64,000 nucleotides of DNA from a virus, in UHGV virus genome UHGV-0038495; one strand, 5' to 3'. Position 1 is the stretch's first letter. Each line of letters starts with the position of its first letter. The translations under genes and the position numbers were made by a program. This document shows positions 57,612 to 64,000 of the stretch, in pieces. The notes under the pieces were generated by a model. It was not told where the DNA came from. It did no database searches and worked only from the letters and a program-made list of their open reading frames with translations.

Positions 57612-58355
57612 ATGTCTGAGAAAAAATTTTATGTATATAAATGGTTTAATACTTCTACAGGAGAAGTCTTTTATATCGGCAAAGGATGCGGAAAAAGATT
57701 TCAAGTTACAAAAAAAAGAAATCAAAAATTTCTTGATTACATATCAGAAAATCCTGTTAGTAGTGAAATCATAGAGTCTAATTTAACAGAGGAAGAAAGT
57801 TTTCAAAAAGAAAAAGAATGGTATGATTATTATAAATCTTTAAATCAATGTTCTTGTAATCTTATGGAACCTGGAACAGGAGGATTAAGTTTTGTATGGA
57901 CAGAAGAAATGAAAACTTACTGGTCTAAAAATAACCCTATGAAAAAAGAAGAACAACGTCAACGAATGAAAGAAAATAATCCTATGAAAAATCCAGAAAC
58001 CGCTTTAAAAAATGGTGCGGCTCACAAAAGAGCTGTTATTATTGGGGATAAAACTTTTGATAGTTTAAAAGAAGCAGGATTATTCTTTAATGTAAGTCCA
58101 GTGACAATTGGTAGTTGGTGTAAAAACGGAATTAGTTCAAAGGGAGAAAAATGCTCTTATGCAGATGGGAAAGGAGCTAAAAAATGCAAGAACAAAGGAA
58201 TTCCTGTTTTAATAGATGACGTTTATTATCCATCAATAGCGGACGCTGCAGCTCACTTAGATGTTTCCGCTTCTGCCATTAAATTAAGTTTAAAAAATAA
58301 TAAACCTACTAAAAATCATATTTGTAAATATGCTAATCAGCAGCCTAGCCAATGA
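57612..58355 (+). CDS. GIY-YIG homing endonuclease with NUMOD-like DNA-binding repeats
   Basis: FYVYKWFNTSTGEVFYIGKGCGKRF is the GIY-YIG motif. Repeated NNPMKK...NNPMKN motifs. Confidence 0.75.
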   Translation: MSEKKFYVYKWFNTSTGEVFYIGKGCGKRFQVTKKRNQKFLDYISENPVSSEIIESNLTEEESFQKEKEWYDYYKSLNQCSCNLMEPGTGGLSFVWTEEMKTYWSKNNPMKKEEQRQRMKENNPMKNPETALKNGAAHKRAVIIGDKTFDSLKEAGLFFNVSPVTIGSWCKNGISSKGEKCSYADGKGAKKCKNKGIPVLIDDVYYPSIADAAAHLDVSASAIKLSLKNNKPTKNHICKYANQQPSQ

Positions 58356-58501
58356 AAGTCAATAAAAGTAATTGGAAGGTTCAACGACTAATGGGTGAGC
58401 TATGACAAGCAATAAACCCAACACGAGTGCCGGACTCCTTTTATAAAAAGGATGAAGATATAGTCTGAACTATATGGAAACATATAGAAATAAGGAATAA
58501 A

Positions 58502-58882
58502 ATGCCTTATGATAACAATATTGGTGAAACTAAAACTCAGATAGCTCAAGGTTTCTCAGACCTTAACTACAATCTCGCGACCCAAGAGTGTCAGACTAGA
58601 CAGGCAGTAACAGATAGTGCAAGAGACATAATTGATAATCAGAATGCAAATACTCGCTCAATCCTTGACTTCTTAACTCAGGATAGACTGGCTTCATTAA
58701 CTGCTGAAAATCAGTCACTTAAATTTGCAGCTTCACAACAGGCTCAGAATGCTTACCTTGTACAGCAACTTGGCGCGAAACCTGCAGCACCAGCATATGT
58801 AGTACCAAATCCTTATACTGGTTCTTATAATTATAACTATGGTGGATGCGGCTGCAATTACAACACTGGCGCACTCGCATAA
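58502..58882 (+). CDS. N/Q/A-rich protein with C-terminal CGC motif. Either a paralog of 56977..57504 or exon 2 of the same gene
   Basis: 126 aa. The frame is open upstream to 58469, so an exon junction just before the ATG is possible. Confidence 0.4.
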   Translation: MPYDNNIGETKTQIAQGFSDLNYNLATQECQTRQAVTDSARDIIDNQNANTRSILDFLTQDRLASLTAENQSLKFAASQQAQNAYLVQQLGAKPAAPAYVVPNPYTGSYNYNYGGCGCNYNTGALA

Positions 58883-58896
58883 GAAAGGAGTAGTAT

Positions 58897-59316
58897 ATGG
58901 AAATAACTGCTAATGCTGTTCAAACAGTAGCTTCAAACGGAAACGTTTTATTCACAGCAACTGCGGTTCCGGGGTCATGTAGCATAATCCATAGGCAAGG
59001 CTCTGGGTTAGTTAATCTTAGAGGAGTGACACAGCAGTGTCGCTCCCGCTTTAGAATTTCATTTGGAGGAAATGTGGCACTTGCAACGGGCGCAACAGTT
59101 GGACCAATTACCTTAGCTCTTGCAATAGATGGAGAACCAGTTTCATCAACTTCAATGATAGTAACACCTGCCGCAGTTGGAGATTATTTTAATGTATTCT
59201 CAAGCATGTTTTTAAATGTTCCTCGCGGAGATAATTATTCTATAAGTATTAAAAATCTTAGTGGAGTAAACGTAGACATTCAAAATGCAAATTTAATTGT
59301 AGAAAGGGTGGCGTAA
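58897..59316 (+). CDS. BclA C-terminal-like (C1q/TNF-like jelly-roll) domain protein
   Basis: 139 aa ending NLIVERVA, comparable to the BclA C-terminal domain ending IIIEKVA. Alternating hydrophobic beta pattern throughout. Confidence 0.45.
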   Translation: MEITANAVQTVASNGNVLFTATAVPGSCSIIHRQGSGLVNLRGVTQQCRSRFRISFGGNVALATGATVGPITLALAIDGEPVSSTSMIVTPAAVGDYFNVFSSMFLNVPRGDNYSISIKNLSGVNVDIQNANLIVERVA

Positions 59317-59317
59317 T

Positions 59318-59896
59318 ATGGAAGGTTTAAAGACAATAAAAAAGACTTTAATCGCGGCGGTTCAGGGTCAGATCGGAGATCTTGGTAATGTAGACGCGCA
59401 TGAAATGGGCGAAGTCGTAGATATGATTAAAGACCTTGAAGAAGCTTGCTATTATCATACGATAGTAGAAGCAATGGAAGAGAAAGATGAGCATGGAAAA
59501 AGACGCTATTTTAGAGAACTTCCATATTATCCTAATCCAATGTATGATAGAGATAGATATGAACAAGACGAGCCTTATAGAATGTACTATCACGATGGGC
59601 GCGGAACCAGAATGAATTCTGGACGTTATTCCGAATATGATGACGCTATAGGTCCATATCGTGAGACTAAAGTACCGACTATGAAACGAGACTCGCGCGA
59701 AGGTAGAAGTGGTCTTTCAAGAAAAGGCTATATTGAAGCACGCGAAGGTCATTTAGACAAAGAAACAAAAATGAAAGAATTAGATAAGTATATGAATGAT
59801 TTAACTCAAGATATAGTGGAAATGATAAATGATTTATCACAAGAGGAAAAAGATTTATTAAGGAATAAGATGGCAGGTCTTGTGAATAGAATTTGA
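59318..59896 (+). CDS. Hypothetical charged protein
   Basis: 192 aa rich in R, E, D and Y. ATGG overlap with the previous stop. Confidence 0.4.
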   Translation: MEGLKTIKKTLIAAVQGQIGDLGNVDAHEMGEVVDMIKDLEEACYYHTIVEAMEEKDEHGKRRYFRELPYYPNPMYDRDRYEQDEPYRMYYHDGRGTRMNSGRYSEYDDAIGPYRETKVPTMKRDSREGRSGLSRKGYIEAREGHLDKETKMKELDKYMNDLTQDIVEMINDLSQEEKDLLRNKMAGLVNRI

Positions 59897-60201
59897 TAAA
59901 GATTAATAATGTTAAATGGGAGATATATCTTGTATCTCCCAATCATCCAGAAATGTGCCAGCCAGACGGAACTTGGACTATAGGCGCTTGTGACTGGCAA
60001 ACCAAGGGTATTTATATCGTAGATAACTTAGACGAAGCTTTGACATGGAAAGTTCTAGCTCATGAGATTACTCATGCTGCGATGTTTAGTTATAATATCG
60101 CTATGAGCGCAGAGCTAGAAGAGTTTATTGCCGATTTAATAGCCACGTATGGATTTGAAATCATAGCTCAAACTAATAAAATTTTCTCAAGAATTACATA
60201 A
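59893..60201 (+). CDS. Small HExxH zinc-metallopeptidase-like protein (ImmA/IrrE-like?)
   Basis: VLAHEITHAAMF carries an HExxH motif. 102 aa. Confidence 0.4.
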   Translation: MIKINNVKWEIYLVSPNHPEMCQPDGTWTIGACDWQTKGIYIVDNLDEALTWKVLAHEITHAAMFSYNIAMSAELEEFIADLIATYGFEIIAQTNKIFSRIT

Positions 60202-60248
60202 AAAAAATAAAGGGTAGTAACGTAAGTTACTACCCTTTTTCTTATTTT
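60201..60248. terminator. Bidirectional intrinsic terminator between convergent genes
   Basis: A7, then agggtagtaac gtaa gttactaccct as a perfect 11-bp stem, then T5cttatttt. Confidence 0.7.
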
Positions 60249-60625
60249 GTAAATATTTTTTCTTCTTTAACCGCAGCTTCGATTTTAGCATCTATATAAG
60301 CATCTAAATCTTTTATTGCGGCTTCCAGTATTTTTTGACCATTTTCGCCTAAAACATCCATAACTGCTTTCTTAGTTTTGTTAAAGGCAAACTTCTGCGC
60401 GCTCTCATCAAATTTACCTTGTTCCTTGAGTGCATCTACATAAGTCTGATTCGTAGCGGAAACCGCATCTTGAATAGCTCTTTCTAACAAGTCTATGTAG
60501 AAACTAGCTTTTTCATTCTTTGCCTCTTGTTTAGCCTTTGTAGCGAAATTATGCAAAAGACGAATGAGTACAATACCGAGAATCGCGCACAGCGCTTCAA
60601 TAATTTGGTATATATATTGTTCCAT
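60242..60625 (-). CDS. Holin, LL-H (phage_holin_6)-like
   Basis: Single N-terminal TM (IYQIIEALCAILGIVLIRLL), then a long charged helical tail ending KIEAAVKEE. 127 aa. Confidence 0.45.
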   Translation of the reverse strand: MEQYIYQIIEALCAILGIVLIRLLHNFATKAKQEAKNEKASFYIDLLERAIQDAVSATNQTYVDALKEQGKFDESAQKFAFNKTKKAVMDVLGENGQKILEAAIKDLDAYIDAKIEAAVKEEKIFTK

Positions 60626-60673
60626 GGAATTTATTCCTCCTTTATATAAGAAATAAAAAATCCATTAATAAGA

Positions 60674-61294
60674 TTATAATAATTTGTCCAAATCAGCACC
60701 ATATTTTTTTGGGTCTTTTAACATATTACGCAAAGTGCTATAACAGTAACCATCGGCAAACTGCAAAAGCGCAGTAATTGGATAGCCTTCTTTCCAAAGA
60801 TTATAAATCATTGGAAAGTTTTCTGGGAGTTTTTTAGTTGGACGCCCAAATGCTACTCCTTTTTCTTTCGCTATTGCAATACCCTCAGCTTGACGCTGTT
60901 TGATAAATTTGCGCTCTTGTTCAGCACTAAAAAATAAGACGTTTACTATAAGATTATTAATAAATATTCCCATTTCTCCAAGTTCATGATTAGTATTAAG
61001 AAAAGGTGTATCAATTACTTTTATTTGGATATGGCGTTTTTGAATTAGCTCTGACCACATTTGCAGCGCTTCCTCGTAATGGCGCGAGAGTCTGTCTAAA
61101 GATTTTATAACTAGAGTATCACCCTCTTTAATTACCTTCATGAGTTTTTGATAAGATGGACGGTTAAAATCTTTGCCTGAAGCCTTATCACTAAATACAT
61201 GATCTTCAGTCACTCCCGCATCAGATAGAGCTTTTAATTGCCTGTCTAATTTCTGTTCGTGACTACTTACTCTTGCATACCCATAGATTTCCAT
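60674..61294 (-). CDS. Small serine recombinase (Hin/Gin/resolvase family, likely DNA invertase)
   Basis: YGYARVSSHEQKLDRQ carries the catalytic Ser, and GDTLVIKSLDRLSR is also conserved. Small size with a C-terminal HTH segment. 206 aa. Confidence 0.8.
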   Translation of the reverse strand: MEIYGYARVSSHEQKLDRQLKALSDAGVTEDHVFSDKASGKDFNRPSYQKLMKVIKEGDTLVIKSLDRLSRHYEEALQMWSELIQKRHIQIKVIDTPFLNTNHELGEMGIFINNLIVNVLFFSAEQERKFIKQRQAEGIAIAKEKGVAFGRPTKKLPENFPMIYNLWKEGYPITALLQFADGYCYSTLRNMLKDPKKYGADLDKLL

Positions 61295-61409
61295 TGTAAC
61301 ACCTTTCTTTCATTAATCTTTTTATTTTATTATAACATGTTTTTTATTTAATTAAAATGGTAATAATTAACAATTTAATTAAAGTATCCTTTTTAAAATT
61401 AGATCAAAA

Positions 61410-62639
61410 CTATCCGGATATTAATTGTTTAATTGACAGAGAGACAACTTCATTTTCATTAATCTCTGTTGGTTTTTGAATAATTTCTGTTTTAAATAAA
61501 TAATTATCACTATAAGAATATTTTTCTGGTATTTTTAGAATTTTCCAAGGTCCATTTGCATTTTTAGAATAATATAAAAATTGCGCAGTAAGAAAACCTT
61601 TGTAATCATTTAAAATAATTAAACGTTGAATTATATTATCCGGTATTTCAGATAGCCCAATATTAGTTTTATTGGCTAATATTGAAATATTTTCTCCATA
61701 AACTATCTCGTTATCTTTTATACTAGCTAATAATCCATTGAAATTTAATATTCCAGAAATTAATGGGGTTTGATATTTTGTATAGGAACCATCTTTATCA
61801 TGTGTTATGGCTGCAGAATCCGCTGCATAAAACATGTTTTGACTCCAATCTTTTCTCATTCCAAAACTTCTAAATCCTTGAGAATCAGGCTCAAATTGTG
61901 CTCGAATATTAAAAGCGCTATCTGTCCACCAGTTATAAATATTCTTCTTACAATCATTTTCATTAAAAGAATCTGCGTATGGTATAAAAAAATGAATATT
62001 TACATAATCATCTCTTTTACGATAACAATAATGTATTCCATAGTCATTTTTTTCTATATTAACTTTTTGAATAGAAAAATTAGTTTCATCTCCAAAACAT
62101 AAAGGAGAATTGCTATCGGTTATTTGTGTATATTGATTCCAGTCTATTAAGTTTTCAGATTGAAAAATTTTAACACATACATACTCATTTCGAGAACTAT
62201 TCAAAGAGTCTTTATATGTACCTGCGATATAATATTTTCTATCTGTTCCACATAAAAAAGTGGCTTCATCTGGATAAAAAGTTGTTGAAGAACCTAATAT
62301 GTTAAAAGGATTAGCATATTGCCATGTTATAAGATCTTTTGAAAAAGCTACATGATGGTAGTAATAACGATACATTGCCCAAGTGTAATAATAATAATAA
62401 TAAATAATAAAAATTCCATTATCATAATGGATATTCTTTATAACGACACTGTCAAAAGTTTGGTTATTATCTGTTATATTATAAAGATTTTTTAACTCAA
62501 CTGTTAAATTTTTTATATCTTGTATATCTATCCCTTTAAGAAAAACAGTCGTTCCATTAAATATAACTTTTTCACAATCCACTCCATTGTAAACAACTTC
62601 TGTAATATTAGTTCCATTTACTTTTATACTCATTATCAT
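61410..62639 (-). CDS. RBP-like or tail-fiber-like protein (409 aa). N-terminus is homologous to the GILLGQ paralogs
   Basis: MSIKVNGT...VIFNGTTVFLKG resembles the N-terminal region of the GILLGQ family. Tyr-run YYYYYYTW. Body possibly a beta-propeller/carbohydrate-active fold. Confidence 0.45.
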   Translation of the reverse strand: MIMSIKVNGTNITEVVYNGVDCEKVIFNGTTVFLKGIDIQDIKNLTVELKNLYNITDNNQTFDSVVIKNIHYDNGIFIIYYYYYYTWAMYRYYYHHVAFSKDLITWQYANPFNILGSSTTFYPDEATFLCGTDRKYYIAGTYKDSLNSSRNEYVCVKIFQSENLIDWNQYTQITDSNSPLCFGDETNFSIQKVNIEKNDYGIHYCYRKRDDYVNIHFFIPYADSFNENDCKKNIYNWWTDSAFNIRAQFEPDSQGFRSFGMRKDWSQNMFYAADSAAITHDKDGSYTKYQTPLISGILNFNGLLASIKDNEIVYGENISILANKTNIGLSEIPDNIIQRLIILNDYKGFLTAQFLYYSKNANGPWKILKIPEKYSYSDNYLFKTEIIQKPTEINENEVVSLSIKQLISG

Positions 62640-62642
62640 TCT

Positions 62643-62730
62643 CCTTTAACGATTATTAAAGTTGTTCCATCTAAAGTAAAAGTAACAGTATCTTGCCCTA
62701 ACAAAATTCCATTTACAGCCATTTTTACAG
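62643..62730 (-). pseudogene. Truncated 28-codon copy of the conserved RBP N-terminus (MAVNGILLGQDTVTFTLDGTTLIIVKGE*)
   Basis: Begins with the same MAVNGILLGQ as 54244..54696 and stops after 28 codons. The 409-aa ORF then starts 4 nt downstream in another frame. Confidence 0.45.
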
Positions 62731-62821
62731 GCTCCTTTCTGTTTTATAATCGTACACAATTAAAAAGGCATAAAAAAAATGGGTAGACAATTAAGTCTAC
62801 CCAACAAGAAGGAAATGAAAA

Positions 62822-63004
62822 TTAAATAAGTTTATCTAAAGGAGTTTTTCTACACATATCAAGAAATTCCTTCTGTTCTGCATCATGTGGGAAATATTTA
62901 ATTCCCTGTTTCTGGCAAAACATATCAAGAGCAACTCCAATATCAACGCCTTGACTTACAGAAATATCTCTAATTTCTTTGCCATGAGCTAAATATTTGT
63001 TCAT
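62822..63004 (-). CDS. Small hypothetical protein (start at MNKYL)
   Basis: RBS gaggtg precedes the internal ATG. The track's 63139 start overlaps the upstream gene. Confidence 0.3.
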   Translation of the reverse strand: MNKYLAHGKEIRDISVSQGVDIGVALDMFCQKQGIKYFPHDAEQKEFLDMCRKTPLDKLI

Positions 63005-63020
63005 TACAATCACCTCTTTT

Positions 63021-63521
63021 TTAATCCATATTATAATACTTATGAGCAACAGCATTATGTAAATCATGTCCATCATCATTACCGCCAAGTCGCTCATAAG
63101 CTTCAAAATCAATTTGGTGCTGAAGCCATTCAGTTTCACTTATTTTATGAGTTGGTTCTAAGAGAGCTTTACATTGTCTCTTAAAATTATTGCCTTGAAC
63201 ACTTAGCAATCCCTCTTTCAGAATCTTTTGCTGTGCATCAGATGACTGAACGTCTTTGCGAACCTCGTTTATCTTCTGTTCCACTTTATCATCTAAAGCG
63301 GTAATGCGATTATTCGTTTCTATCAAACATTCATTCATCTTTTCAAAACGCTCATCTATCTTCTCAAGAATACCATCATAAAAAGCTTTTTGCTCTTCTG
63401 TTTTTTGATGTTGCTGTTCTGCGCGCCACAGTTTCCAATAGCGCCTACAAGCAAAAGATAAGCCAGATACGATTAAACCAAATACAACTTCAACCCAATA
63501 CTTTAAAATAAATTCAGGCAT
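63021..63521 (-). CDS. N-terminal TM plus coiled-coil protein (lysis-associated?)
   Basis: VVFGLIVSGLSFA is a TM helix, followed by helical repeats rich in Q, K and E. 166 aa. Confidence 0.35.
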   Translation of the reverse strand: MPEFILKYWVEVVFGLIVSGLSFACRRYWKLWRAEQQHQKTEEQKAFYDGILEKIDERFEKMNECLIETNNRITALDDKVEQKINEVRKDVQSSDAQQKILKEGLLSVQGNNFKRQCKALLEPTHKISETEWLQHQIDFEAYERLGGNDDGHDLHNAVAHKYYNMD

Positions 63522-63591
63522 AGTTAATATCTTCCTTTCATAGATTATAAAAAATCTATTAAAGGGATTATATTAATTTGTCCAAATAGTT

Positions 63592-64000
63592 TTACCATGC
63601 GCACTGGTTTGCTGCGGTTTGCGCGATGAAGTAACTGTCTGCGATTCCTATTGCATCTGCAATATCATCATTTACTTCAATATTGTATTTACCTTTTACA
63701 TACTCAATATCTTTCTTTTTAAGTTCAGCTCGCTTAATTCCTCTGCCTGTTTTAATGCCAATTTTACTACGCCAAGAGGAAGGTTGAATAAATTCATATT
63801 TTATCTCAGGATTTGTTTGATAAATAGAATCTATAAGCGCGAACTGCGTATAAGTTAATAATTTTTGAGTATGAAGGTTTAAATTGTCGAGTCTTACTTC
63901 CTCAGCAATTACTTTTTGAATAGACGGATGCGCGCCCAATATTTCACTGAGCGCGTTTCTCATTTCTGTTATTCTTACTATTGCATCTTTTTTAGAAGAA
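63592..64000 (-). CDS. RuvC-like Holliday junction resolvase, C-terminal part (gene continues beyond window edge)
   Basis: EVNDDIADAIGIADSYF matches the RuvC C-terminal catalytic Asp motif. The frame remains open to position 64000. Confidence 0.5.
   Translation of the reverse strand, partial: SSKKDAIVRITEMRNALSEILGAHPSIQKVIAEEVRLDNLNLHTQKLLTYTQFALIDSIYQTNPEIKYEFIQPSSWRSKIGIKTGRGIKRAELKKKDIEYVKGKYNIEVNDDIADAIGIADSYFIAQTAANQCAW

Larger units (their letters stand above)
57505..58500 (+). mobile_element. Group I intron 4 (P, Q, R and S elements present) carrying a GIY-YIG endonuclease. Boundaries approximate
   Basis: P gaattgctggaagg at about 57524; Q gctaatcagcagcc at 58336 inside the ORF 3' end; R caacgactaatgg at about 58392; S gaagatatagtc at 58453..58464; P9 hairpin ctatatggaaacatatag with GAAA loop. 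Confidence 0.5.

Noticed and set aside
60674-61294. Serine recombinase as a prophage integrase
   Set aside because: At 206 aa it has only the catalytic domain plus a short HTH. It lacks the large C-terminal domain of serine integrases. Its size and its position next to fiber-like genes fit an invertase or resolvase. No tyrosine integrase was seen in the window.
1-64000. CRISPR array
   Set aside because: No series of regularly spaced identical 25-40-bp direct repeats with unique spacers was seen. The repeats found are short iterons, tandem AT-rich 21-mers and inverted repeats.

Overview
This window is AT-rich (roughly 30% GC, estimated by eye) and gene-dense. It reads as part of a tailed dsDNA phage or prophage genome; consensus sigma-A-type promoters, GGAGG ribosome-binding sites and BclA-like and AbrB-like proteins make a Firmicutes (Bacillus/Clostridium-like) host most likely. 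Positions 1-12.6 kb form a minus-strand early/accessory block of many small ORFs. It includes a DEDDh exonuclease, a HAD 5'-nucleotidase and an AbrB-type regulator. A two-gene cassette occurs twice in tandem, and three repeat-rich noncoding regions are paralogous to one another. Positions 12.8-53.1 kb form a plus-strand packaging and structural module: two Zn-ribbon proteins, then a T4-like large terminase that is split into four exons by three group I introns. The introns carry the conserved P, Q, R and S elements and each encodes a homing endonuclease (one Vsr-like with zinc fingers, two GIY-YIG). A frameshifted free-standing Vsr-like endonuclease follows. Downstream are portal, scaffold, major capsid, connector and tail genes, a 2926-aa tape measure protein and a baseplate/fiber block. 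Positions 53.1-64 kb hold a family of at least five receptor-binding-protein-like paralogs that share an N-terminal (N/K)GILLGQ motif; one has a tail-collar domain and one is a 28-codon remnant. This region also holds a fourth group I intron with a GIY-YIG endonuclease, a BclA C-terminal-like protein, an LLH-type holin, a Hin/Gin-like serine invertase and a partial RuvC-like resolvase. No tRNA genes or CRISPR arrays were found.
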